Assembly: GCF_006345805.1 (NCBI RefSeq)
Contig: NC_042997.1
Location: 86,986,001-87,050,000 of the forward strand
DNA length: 64,000 nt
From: Octopus sinensis
Lineage: Eukaryota
Reading direction: 5' to 3'
Part shown: positions 9,612 through 21,472 of the stretch, in pieces
Numbering within the stretch: the first letter of the stretch is position 1
Layout: the number at the start of each line of letters is the position of its first letter
Made by a program: the position numbers and the translations under genes
Notes under the pieces: model-generated
The model's database searches: none
Told to the model about the DNA's origin: nothing
What the model saw: the letters and a program-made list of their open reading frames with translations, nothing else

Positions 9612-12600
9612 TCATAAGGGGCCAAAGACAAAAGTGTTTGTCTTCAGCCTCTTCAATCTCGTCCACCATACAACCTCTTTCGCCATGGCTGCCAGGCATA
9701 TAAACACAATCTGTCCTTCTCTATTAAAGGAAGGCAGCAGAGCGATCTTCACGATGAATTCATCTGACAGCTGGATCCGTCCCTCACGCGACAGCAGGAC
9801 TTCGACATAAACCCACAAATCAGTAATGCTCAGGCTCTGGACGAGTGCATGCAGGACCGACTCGTCGTCCTGCGCGCATTTCAGACATGCTCGGCTGACA
9901 GTACTTCTGTGCCTGTAAAGTTTATCTCGAACAGGCAATGCTCCCCGGTAGCACTGCTAGACAAGAGATTTTTGGAAATTATCCTTCGGTCTCAGGCCGA
10001 AAGTTCTTCGGAAAAGAGCAGCTAGCTGATCTTCTTCGATGCCCAAGGTCTTCAAAAAAACGTCGTTGCACTTTTCCTCCACTAATCCTCTATAAAAAGC
10101 TAAAGTGGACGTTCGCCCTATCGCAGTGTCCGATTGTCTGATAGCTGTGAGCGCTTGAAGATATTCCACTTTCCAAATGCTCCTTCTCGGTCTCTGTTTT
10201 GCCTAGAATTGCCGCTCTGTTAAAGAAACTAGCTGCGGAAATACGTGTCTGGCGGACGGTGACGGCACCTGTTCATCATCAAGGGAGTACTGGAGATGTC
10301 GTCGCCTTAGCGTGTGTTTTCGCATTAATAACCACGGCATGCCCAGGCCATCACGCAGCGGTGTTGACAGCAGACAGAGCGCCTGACCATCGGGACGCGT
10401 CCTTTCCACAAGAAGCGGAAGAGTATACGCTCTAGCGTAATCAGATGGTGGGTGGGACAAGGCACGACGATCAAATGAGAGTAGATGATGGATGCGATAT
10501 ACGCGTTAGCCACCTCCACTCAACCTTTCAGGGGTAGCTTTCTCTTGGCCCATCTCTGGGTGAGAGCAGTCACCCTGCTCGTTACCTCGTCCCAGTTGTT
10601 GTCTACCCGGAGATTCGGATAGAACCAGACCCTGAGTAATTTAACTGGTCCCTCCTTCCAGCGCCCAACGACACTGTTGTACGGCATGGACTTGCTTCTC
10701 CAGGTGCTGAGCCGCAAGTCCACTGACTTTTCTTGGCTAATCCTCGCTCCTGAAACTCCCTCACAGTCCTTGGGAGCGGTGCCGATCATTTCTATGTGTT
10801 TATGATCAGACACCACTACGGTGATATCGTCGACATATGCCAACACGCATCTCCCACAACCTAGGTTACGCGGGATTCCCCTCAACGCCTCCAGTTTGTG
10901 AAGTAGCGACTCAAGAGTCAGTACATACAAGTGAGACGAGAGAAGGCAACCTTGTCGGACGGATTGCATGATATTGAACGGCTTTGAGAAGTGACCCTTC
11001 ACTCTGACCACTGAGCAGATGTTGTTGTGCATTGCAGCTCCTGAATACAGGCCCGAAATCAGCTGCCTTGAGGACCGCCGCCAAGTATGGATGGTAGATC
11101 CTATCGAAAGCTTTTGACTGATCTAAATTGATCAGGGCCTCACCCGAGCCAGGTTCTTTAGCAACTTTCTCAGTGATGTATCTCATGAGGTGGCGGTTGT
11201 CGCGAATAGATCTTGTCGGCAAGGTACATGTCTGTGCCTCGCCTACCAGATACTGACGACAAGCGCCAACCTCGCAGCTAACATCTTGGCAAAAAATGTT
11301 GAACCCTGCATTCGGCAGAGTTATGGGCCTAAAGTTGTCGATATTAATTCCCCTTGTTCGGGTCTTTTCTCAGCGACGCCACCGCTCCTTGGCTCACAAA
11401 ACTGGTAATCCTCCCATTCACTTGCCAGCTGCAGTAAACGTTTGCTAAAAGGTCGCCAACAAATCTGGCATGTAAGCGTAAAGCTCGTAGGGCAGACCAT
11501 CCAAACCGGGCGAATTACTCACCGTGCAGCTAGCCATTGCTTTCCGTATTTCATAGACTGTTATCGGCCTTTCGCAATGCTTCGCATCCGTTGCCGAGAA
11601 CCGCGGCGGCCCGATGAGATTGGACGTGAAATCCATACTGTGACCCGGCTCACCGCTGCTCCCAAAAGTCGAGCGAAGCGCCGCTGAAAGGCCGCACACA
11701 TCTTTCTCAGATCAACTATCGTTTGCTTGTTGTGTTCTGGTAAGGCTCGGATCGTGGATTTGTTGCCACGCCATGCCTCTACTACTCGGACTTATTGAAC
11801 GACCTTCGTTCCTTCGTGTTTCGCGTTGAAGAATCGGTCGAGTGCCAATCTTGCTGCGAACACATTAGTCATGCTGCATTTTCTAAAAGCCTCGTCTAAC
11901 TTCTTGACCAGCTCTATCTCTACTTTGTTCCTTTCTAATGCTAGTCCTTGGCTAAACCTTATCGATTCTATTCTAATCATCCTTTTCAGGGTGAACCACC
12001 ATTTATTGTTGATTATTGCCCTCATCAACACCCTTTTAACTAGTTCACTAATCCGGTCACTGACATTTTTACGCGCCGGCAACAACGTGTTCAGCTTCCA
12101 GTAACCGGGTCCCTGTCTAAGAAGCCCATCTAAGTCGACTGTACAGATCACGAATTTGTGGTCTGTGTTGTCGTCTACTTTAAACTGTGGACAACCTATG
12201 CTCTCCTTACCTGCTACTCTACGGAATACCCTTATCTCCTTATCTGCTACTCTACGGAATACGATATGAATTACCCGATGCTGTTTGACTAGGTCTACAC
12301 TGGCACATCCGGGAAATCCAGTCTATACCTGTAAGACAGTTGGAATAGTCTGAGTATGTTTGCGAGGCTTTTGCACCGTCCTCTCCTATCTGCTAAACTC
12401 ACACAGTCCTACCTCACATCTAAAACCCCATTCCAATCCCCCACTAACACTAAAAAGCGGGACGTTCCCAGGAAAGTTTCCAGAGTCTAAAGAAATCTGG
12501 CCGACCTGCCTCCGTCGGCGCATAGACGGCATCTAGCCTGAAAGTATGTCCTTCGCTGTCTGTCATGTCCAGGACTACCGACTTACCTTCTGGAGCCAGG

Positions 12601-13060
12601 AAGATCGTCCGTATTGCCAGATCCAGATTCTTCTGAACCATCGCGGTAACCCCACCTCCTTCATAGTCACCAAAAATGGGTTGGAAGTCTCGTGAGTCGG
12701 AAATTCTGGTTTCACTAATGGCCACCACGTCGACATTCAGTGACCTGAAGTCGTTGAGCAGGTGACCGCTTCCAAGGCGACCCCAGGCCACGTACATTCA
12801 CGCTGCCTATTCTGTACACGACCATGTTGTCGGAAAAAGAAAAGAAAAGCTTACTTGGTTTTGTTTGGAAGGGCGGATTGCCCGTCTCTCCTGTTGCCTT
12901 AGGGTGTTTCAAACAGTAACTCACCAAAAATTCTCTTGGTGATATTCTCTCAAAAATCTCCGAATCCCTGTGGGAATTGGGTTTTTAAGTGTGTGTGTGT
13001 GTTTTGTGTTGTTTGAATGATTTGTAAGTGTTTGTGACAAAATCTTCTGGTGTAATGCTT
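9612..13060 (-). mobile_element. Tx1/L1-clade LINE, degraded: end of ORF1 plus ORF2 (APE-RT-C-terminal Zn), truncated at both ends
   Basis: ORF2 starts at ATG 12825: MVVYRIGSVNVRGLGSPWK (APE), QGPGYWKLN, SPGLDGLPYE, LDQSKAFDRI, VRQGCLLS, YVDD, LPVRDKL..C..C. Many stops and frameshifts. Homologous to 31890-35308. Confidence 0.95.
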
Positions 13061-13115
13061 GAGAATTTTACATTATTTACATTTGACGGATATTTGTCCT
13101 CATCTTGTTTGTTTT

Positions 13116-13162
13116 TGACAAACGTTTCGGCTGATATACCCTCCAGCTTTCATCAGGTGTCA
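13116..13162 (-). ncRNA. Degenerate minimal hammerhead motif in a short repeat (~13063-13215)
   Basis: Minus strand: TGACAC-CTGATGA-A-AGCTG/GAGGGTATAT/CAGCC-GAAA-CG-TT-TGTCA. Palindromic AACGTT; stem I has a 1-nt defect and stem II an A-C mismatch. Confidence 0.65.
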
Positions 13163-13248
13163 TGGAGAAATTTCGAACCTGGGTTCTCATTCCTAAGGTA
13201 TTTTTCGATGTCTTTTTTATAATTATTATTACTATATAATAATAATAA

Positions 13249-13286
<38 letters not shown>

Positions 13287-13339
13287 CAACAACAACAACA
13301 ACAACAAAAACAACAACAACAACAACAATAATAATAATA

Positions 13340-14628
13340 GTTGACAATGCATAGAATGCACCACCCTAAGGCAGACATAGAACGACTTTATCTGCCAAGA
13401 AAAGAGGGAGGCCGTGGACTTTTACAATTGGCAATAACAATGAAGATTGCTACAACTGGCCTAGACACCTACCTGAAAAACACTGAGGACTGGATGTTAA
13501 AACTTGTCTCAAAACATGAAAACAAGAAAGCATCATACTCAGTAACAAAACAGGCAAAGGAATATCTAAGTGAATTCCGAATACAACAAATTTCGGAATT
13601 AGACAAACAAGAAACAAGCACAGAAAAAGCTAAACGCATGAAAACCCGTGCTAAAACTGCTACCTTAGATATTCTGAATGATAAATGGCAAGAAAAACCT
13701 CTCTATGGCAAATACCCAAAGAGAGCGAATAATGCAGATGTTGACAAAGCCCTGACCCATCAATGGCTAATGGCCTCTGGCTTAAAATCTGAAACAGAAG
13801 GGTTTATCATAGCAGCTCAAGATCAATGCCTTCCAACAAGGAACTACCAGACCAACATATTAAAGAACGGCAGTAGCCCAACATGTCGTGTATGTCAACA
13901 ACAAAATGAAACCATTGATCATGTTGTCTCCAAGTGCAGTCTTCTAGCGCCTACAGAGTATCTCAACAGGCATGATAGAGCTGCACAATATATTCACTGG
14001 GTAATCTGCAAAAACCTGGATTTATCCCATGAAAAAAACTGGTAGGAACACAAACCACCTCCAGTGCTTGAAAATGATCACATCTCACTCCTCTGGAACT
14101 TCCCCATTCAAAGTGTCAGAAAGATAGATGCAAATAGGCCAGACATCATATTGAAAGACTTCAAACAAAGAACATGCCTCCTCATTGATATGACTGTCCC
14201 AATCGATATAAACGTATCTGTCAAGACCTACCAAAAACTAAGCAAATATAAAGATCTTGAAATAGAAATCAGCAAAATGTGGAAGCTGAAGACTAAAACA
14301 ATACCTGTTGTCAAAGGTGCCCTGGGAATGATAGCGAAAGGGACTGATTGCTACCTAACTCAGATACCAGGAAAACCCAAAATGGCAGAAATTCAAAAGA
14401 TAGTGCTCATGGGAACTGCTCATATCCTACGCAAAATACTTTCTATGTAATCTCAAGTTTTAAAACAAACATTTTTTTTTAGACATCCACCAGTACAACA
14501 CAAAAAACAACCAAATATATGGCACACTAGGCATAACAACAACGTGAACTTCCAACCTGTTGTCCCTTGAGGTCTCCGGGTGAGACTTGGAGCCAACTTG
14601 TACAAATATAAAGCAAAAGTCAAACATA
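13340..14628 (+). mobile_element. R4/Dong-like RLE LINE, 5'-truncated copy B
   Basis: ORFs 13341-14045 and 14064-14450 are in the same frame, separated by one TAG: MHHPKADIERLYLPRKEGGRGL, CRVC..HVVSKC, RHD, NRPDI..IDMTVP. (AAT)n/(AAC)n upstream and (AAT)n downstream. Confidence 0.95.
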
Positions 14629-14665
14629 TAATAATAATAATAATGATAATAATAATAATAATAAT

Positions 14666-15625
14666 TACCGAAAGGCTTTTGATAGTATTCTCCACACGTG
14701 GATCCTCGGAACATTAGCCATATACAAAGTAGCACCAATAATTATAAATATATAAGACACTCTATGATTAAATGGCAGACAGTGCTACAGCGCCTAACAA
14801 AAGAGGGACTCGTGAAAACCAAAGTCATCCCCATTCGAAGAGGAATATTCCAGGGAGACACGCGCTCTCCACTCCTTTTCTGCTTGGCACTAACCAAAAT
14901 AGACAGGAAAACAAGAAAAATAATGACAGGATCTAGGATGCACCACCCAAAACCTGACATAGAAAGGCTATATGTACAACGTATAGAAGGTGGTAGAGGC
15001 CTTATACAGCTGGAAAACTATTATAAAATAACCACCATAGGACTGCAAAAGTACCTACTTCGGAAGCAAGGAAAACTGATACAAATAGCCGCAAAACACG
15101 AGCAAAATAAAAAACTGTTCTCAGTATTTAAGGAAGCTGACAAATACAAACAAGAAATCATACTATCTAACAAATATGAAGAAGAAGAAGAAACAACAAA
15201 AGCTGTAAAACAATTGAAAGCCAAACTAAAACTAGAATAGCAACTTACCATGATAAAACGATGGCAAGAAAAGCCCCTTCATGGCAAATACCGGACTAAA
15301 CTAAAAGCAAAAGAAATAGACAGAGAAAAATCCCAGCAATGGTTGAGAAGCTCAAGACTCAAAGCAGGAACGGAGGGATTTTTAATTGCAGCACAAGACC
15401 AAAGCCTCCCCACCAGAAATTACCAAAAACATATAATGAAAAGAAACATAACAAGTAACTGCAGAATATGTGGTGATGGACAAGAAACAATAAATCATAT
15501 TATCTCTGGCTGTCCAGTTCTGGCTAAGAAGGAATATACTTACAGACACGACAGGGTTGGGACCTACATACACTGGAAGCTATGCCAACACTATGGAATA
15601 ACAACAGAAAAAAGATGGTATAAAG
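14666..15625 (+). mobile_element. R4/Dong-like RLE LINE copy C, internally deleted and truncated at both ends
   Basis: YRKAFDSI, RGIFQGD..SPLLFCLAL joined directly to KIDRKTRK, then CRICGDGQETINHIISGC and YRHD. Begins at the (AAT)n tract that ends copy B. Confidence 0.93.
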
Positions 15626-16289
15626 CTAACGAATATGCAACGGCGACAGATGGCTGCTCAGAGACAAGAAAAAACAACTACAATAACAAAATCAACAACA
15701 CAGAAAGCAACTACAACCTGCCAACAACCTGCCGGCCCACCCGTCCATTTCCTGTGGCTACAAATCATAGCATAACCAGAAATAACAACAACAACAACAA
15801 CAACAACACTGTCACTGTGGCTGCAGAAGTAAGGACAAAAGCAACGATTTCTTTTCATATGCTGAGCCTATCCACCGAAAGATATTGCAAATGAGTAATG
15901 GATTCTCTGAGAACTCACTCTGCATGACAGAAAGAGAGGTTACATCACTTTCAAATCGCACCTAACATCTAAGAGAAAGGAGATATCGGATAATGTAGTT
16001 CTGTATGCGGCTGTCCATGTGAACAATGCCGGGAATTAGTGTAACCTCAGCATAGGTGTAGTCTATAGTGTAACCTCTGCAACGGTGGAAGTTCTGCAGC
16101 AAGTCACACAGGGCGAACGTGGCACTCCTAAGCCTTGGCCGGAAACAAAGTTAGAGCTGGTGTTGTATTTCGGGTGACCCTTTACATGAAAATCTCAAAT
16201 AAACGGGGAGCAAACCCTGTAGAAAATCATTCTCATTCGTTGCAATGGTGATAAATAATACCAACCCAAATAACGGCATGTACGAGAAG

Positions 16290-17725
16290 ACTCCCTCGGA
16301 TGTCCAAGACTCCAGATCTCCCTCAAAGGGCAACGGAGTAGAAGACTAGACTCCACCCGGTCGTGGTCCTTCTATTGGTCAAAATATGCAACGCGCTGGC
16401 AAACGCAAGTGGACTGTTGATATGAATAAAAAGATAATTAAGTGCCATGAACAAGCCTTGCAATACAAGAGCGATGCCAAATGTAAATCTTTCAGAAAAA
16501 GATCATTAGAACTTTGGGACTAGCTGAGTATGTTCCAGAATAATGAAAATGGTATCATGAATCAGATAAGAATGAAATCCTAATTCAGACAATCAGGAAA
16601 GGCTTTTGTTGTTGTGATAACACGGAGGAGGATAATGTAAGTGAAGATCAGCGAATGAGTAGGTAAGGTAAAGTTGTAGTAGAGGGGAGGCCGTGAACAC
16701 AGTATTACGAGAGGATATGGACCGAGGAATAGAGGGACCTCATGATAAGACTCGAGAATATAATAGTTACAAAAACAGAGACCAAGCCGGTGAATTTCAG
16801 ATGCTTTGATCGTAACAATGTGAAATGCGCTACTCAAAAGGTTGATGGAATCCTGAGGTACATTCCAACAAAAGATCTATCGGAAACAAGGCACTGGACT
16901 ATATCCGCTTTTAGTAGGTGAACCGTTTGGAAAGAGAGGAAAGTAGGTGGATGGAAGGAGCCATGATGGAAGTGAAGAACTGAAGGCGATATTAAAACCT
17001 TGCGTAAAGAGGAATGGTCCAAAAGGCAATGGAAACATACAAAAGAAGGTGTGAATACATACCTTGGAAAAAATATCAAATAGAAAAGAAAGGGTTCAAA
17101 ACTGTTATCGAAACCCTAAAACGTGTTCGAGAAAATATGCTAAAGGTGCAATGCTACATTGATCGCATATCGCAGTTCCAGCAAAACAGATTATTCGCAA
17201 ATAACCAGAGGCAGTTTTTTATGAGCTTAGGAGGAGATACAAAGGATAGTATACCTCCTGAAGCAGAGGAAACCAACCAATTTTGGAATAACATCTGGGG
17301 GCAAGAGGTTTCCCACCATCACGGTGCTGAGTGGGTTCATTTCGTGAGATTCGAACGCCATCACTCACGACAGGACTATGTACGCATAACAACGGAAGGT
17401 GTTAATACACAGGTATCGAAGCTGCCAAACTGAAAAGCGACAGGACCAGACAGAATCCACGGCTACTGGCTCAAGTGGTTTAGGTCAACACACAAAAGAA
17501 CTGCGTTGCAATTAGACAATTGCCTACAAAGTGGTACAGTTCCGGAATGGATTGTAGAGTGAAAGAAAACATTGCTGATGAAAGATCAGTCAAAGGGCAA
17601 TGAGCTTGACAATTACCGACCCATCGCTTGTCTTAAGCTCTTAAGGAAAATGTTACTAGGCATCCTCGCAGGGAAAAAGTATACGCTTCTTCAGGAAAGC
17701 AATCTACTTCCACTAGAAAAAAAGG
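16290..17725 (+). mobile_element. R4/Dong-like LINE, degraded 5' half (N-terminus to RT domain 2)
   Basis: KRKWTVDMNKKIIKC (N-terminal Myb-like relic), FQQNRLF, FWNNIW, N*KATGPDRIHGYWLK, NYRPIACL. Confidence 0.88.
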
Positions 17726-17925
17726 GAAGGTTGATAACAGGATCCGTCCTACACGTGACAACAGCTGTTCGACAAAGCTCCACTGGTCAGCAATGGACTG
17801 ACACTGGACGAGTACAGGCAAAACGGTTTCATCGGCCTGCGCACACATCGGACAGGTCTGTCTGACAGCACTTCCATGTCTGTAGAGCTTGCCTCGAGCC
17901 GGTAGAGCTCCCCGGTAGTACTGCA
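17726..17925 (-). mobile_element. Tx1-clade ORF2 C-terminal fragment
   Basis: ALPARGKLYRHGS..TCPMCAQADETVL is homologous to ALPVRDKLYRHGS..TCPRCGQSDETAL at 34787-35308. Confidence 0.85.
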
Positions 17926-18030
17926 AGGCCATGGATTTCTGGTTCAATCCCACTGTGTGGCACCTATCTTAACCCCGGGCTGAGCAATATTTTGCGAGTG
18001 AATTTGGTAGTTAGAAACTGAGAACTCGTC
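17925..18030 (+). mobile_element. Family E SINE head fragment
   Basis: GGTTCAATCCCACTGTGTGGCACC...GAGTGAATTTGGTAG..GAAACTGA. Confidence 0.7.
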
Positions 18031-18031
18031 A

Positions 18032-18116
<85 letters not shown>

Positions 18117-18147
18117 GTCTAGCTCTGTCTATTTATCTATCTATCTA

Positions 18148-18196
<49 letters not shown>

Positions 18197-18219
18197 CTAT
18201 CTATCTATCTATCTATCTT

Positions 18220-18286
<67 letters not shown>

Positions 18287-18297
18287 GTCTATCTCTG

Positions 18298-18358
<61 letters not shown>

Positions 18359-18380
18359 ATCTATCTATCTATCTATCTAT
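18031..18380. repeat. (ATCT)n tract
   Basis: Direct reading. Further (ATCT)n tracts lie at ~18988-19185, ~29330-29535 and ~35708-35970. Confidence 0.98.
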
Positions 18381-18987
18381 ACTTGTGGCTATGGCGAAAG
18401 AATGTATCTGGTGGACGCGCCTGAAAGGATTAGAGACAAACACTTTCCTCTCTGGTCAATCTCTCATCAACTTCTTCAAGTATCACTTGAAGAGGAAAGT
18501 GAGAGTAGAGAGGCAAGTTTTGTCTAGTGAATGTTTTAAAAAAAGATGGGTGAATGTAGCAAGGATGGCACGTATAGATGACGAAGCCACCTTGACTATG
18601 ATTCTATGAACCGTAAAAATTAATACAGAGTTGCTTATTTGCAAAAAAAAAAAGAAAAGAAATATAACATGTGACTTCATTGACCGAGGTTACCGCGGTC
18701 TTTTCCGTAGGCTATTCTTTCCACGGGTAAACCTCACCTGTCCTCCCCTTTACAATTCATATTGACATTTCTGTGATAACGATCCCTATTGATCAATTTT
18801 TTTTCCTTTCCCTTCCCCCCCACCTTTTTTTTTAAAATTTTATTCTTCCCTTTTTTTGTCCTCTTTCTTTCCTTTTACGATCCCTTTTGATCGAAAACCA
18901 ACCCCCCTTTTTTTACCCCCAAAAGAAAAGCTCTACCTTGTAATTTGTCCTGTCTATGTGCAGCCCTGTGTGGCTAATAAAGAAACA
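18381..18987 (+). mobile_element. 5'-truncated Tx1 copy (ORF2 end plus 3' UTR) inside (ATCT)n
   Basis: The coding part is nearly identical to 35079-35308 (only a handful of substitutions seen). It ends GCTAATAAAGAAACAT, then (ATCT)n. Confidence 0.97.
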
Positions 18988-19030
18988 TATATCTATCTAT
19001 CTATCTATCTCCATCTATCTCTATCTATCC

Positions 19031-19084
<54 letters not shown>

Positions 19085-19115
19085 CTATCTATCTATCCAT
19101 ATCTATCTATCTCTG

Positions 19116-19183
<68 letters not shown>

Positions 19184-19186
19184 CCT

Positions 19187-19905
19187 AAATTAGCACGCAT
19201 GTCGCTCCAATTTTAGGGGGACATTGGTCATGATCATGGCTGTGTTTTTGTCAGCTTATTTTCCCCGAGGCACCCGCGGATAGTGATAAAAATCAATTTT
19301 CAACCGTAACTTTTACTAATTTCTACGTCGGTTAAATCCGTAAGTTTGCTAATATGAGTTAAGTCACCTGTCTAGCAATGGCGAGAAAGAAAAACAAAGG
19401 GTAAATTTTTAGATTAAAACCCGCACGATTTTCACTAAGTAAAAAGAAAAAAACTCAGATTTTTTGCGTGGAATCAAGTACCCTGACCTCCTAATATGCT
19501 GCAAATCCCTTATTTTGGTTCGAAAAAAAGGGGTATAGGGATTTTTTTTTCGTTGAATGAATTCCGGTGCTACAAAACCCTTTTGGGGGGTCCAAAGAAC
19601 AGGGTGGGTGAGATTGAAGCCTCGGAAATTTCACCCCACCCCCACTGATCTTTTCCCCTACGATTTTCACTAAGGAAAAAAAATAAAAATCGGATTTATT
19701 TTTTTTGCGTGAAATCAAGTACCCCGACCTAGTATGCTGCGGGTGGGGCGAGGCCTCCCCCCAATCCCGGAATCATTGGGAATTTTTCTTTAGTTTTCGT
19801 TGAATGAATTCCTGTGACCTCCTAATACGCTACAAACCCTTATGGGGGTCCGAAAAACGGGTTCAGTGAGGGGGAAGCCTCGGAAATTTTACCCACTCAA
19901 AACAT
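19187..19905. repeat. Unclassified repeat with an internal ~240-bp diverged tandem duplication
   Basis: CGATTTTCACTAAG..TTTTTGCGTG.AATCAAGTACCC..GACCT..CGTTGAATGAATTCC..GAAGCCTCGGAAATTT occurs at ~19425-19640 and again at ~19660-19895. Confidence 0.75.
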
Positions 19906-19955
19906 TTTGCAGAAATAAATTTTCCAGAGTGTGAATTGTGAATTACATGGTTCGT

Positions 19956-20001
<46 letters not shown>

Positions 20002-20088
20002 ATACATATATCCTCTCACCTCTGCTCCTAGCTGGCATATACAGGTGCTTACATTTATCAACTATTCACCCTGAATTTATTGTACCTA

Positions 20089-20135
<47 letters not shown>

Positions 20136-20202
20136 AATGCAGAGTATATATATAATCAATGCAGAGTAGCCGAACCCAGCGACGCCTGCTCGGTTCGGCT
20201 AT

Positions 20203-20245
20203 TCTGCACTGATAAAGAGCAAATACCCTGAAACGTGTCTGCAGA
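20203..20245 (+). ncRNA. Minimal hammerhead motif (G8A, probably inactive) overlapped by a 17-bp hairpin
   Basis: TCTGCA-CTGATAA-AGAG/CAAATA/CCCT-GAAA-CGTG-TC-TGCAGA, with a GUC cleavage triplet ending at 20239. Confidence 0.7.
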
Positions 20246-20463
20246 TGCCTGACCAGCAAGGGGAAGCGGCTGACCTCCCCTGTTCGAAGGCTATAATAGA
20301 CACAGGTTCGTGTGGCATATAGCTAGCTAGAGGCGATGGCTTCTTGGAGCTAAGCAACGGCAGCTTTCATCCTATATTTATGGACTGCCATATTAGCTTG
20401 GCGATAACTGTTAATATCCACTATCGCTGCCGTAGTCTCCTTTAGAGAGACTTAGAAATAATG

Positions 20464-20508
<45 letters not shown>

Positions 20509-20551
20509 AATAATATAATGATTAATGAAGATGATGATGATGATGATGATG

Positions 20552-20640
<89 letters not shown>

Positions 20641-20658
20641 TATATATCTATATATAAG

Positions 20659-20689
<31 letters not shown>

Positions 20690-20982
20690 TAAAATGTTAG
20701 ACGGAAATACAACGAAAGAACATTACGGAAAACACACACTCCTTCCTCAATTTTCGGCCCCAAAACATCTCAATTTCGATGCCTTATTGATTAAAATTGT
20801 TCAATTTGGGGCGTCACTGATATGCAAATGAGCGAACAGGAAGGATAGAATTAGTCAAGTATGTACACCGAATTGTGAAAAGGACGAGTTATGAGGACAT
20901 CGAGAAAATATAGAAAAAGAAATGATAGTAATGAAAGCATCTTCTAGTATAATAATGTGCGTAGTGTTATATATATTTGTGC

Positions 20983-21056
<74 letters not shown>

Positions 21057-21066
21057 TATATATATT

Positions 21067-21097
<31 letters not shown>

Positions 21098-21264
21098 GTC
21101 CAAAATCACGCTGGACAGTGTAGGTGAAAGAGTAGTATAAGTGAAAGAGGAGGAGAGAAAATAGTAATCCAGGGAAGGAGAAGTAGTGAGAGTAATAACT
21201 CTGACTGAGAGGGAGTGAGAGAAAGTAATAGCAATAAGAGAAAGGAAGTGGAAAAGAGCGCGTC

Positions 21265-21437
21265 GTGTATATTCTGTTTTTCTCCGTCACAACATATGAA
21301 TGAGGACGAAAAGGGTGATACATAAATAACAAAGGAAGGGGTGAAAAAAATCAGCGTTTCAACTCTGTATGAGTATATGTGTGTGTATATAAAAAGGAGG
21401 TATGTGAATGTTTGTGTTTGTTTGTTTGTGTTTGTGT

Positions 21438-21472
<35 letters not shown>

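Noticed and set aside
15895-16400. HDV-like ribozyme expected at the 5' end of an R4-clade element
   Set aside because: No P1/P2/P3/L3 arrangement with the catalytic C could be fitted by eye; a descriptor search is needed.
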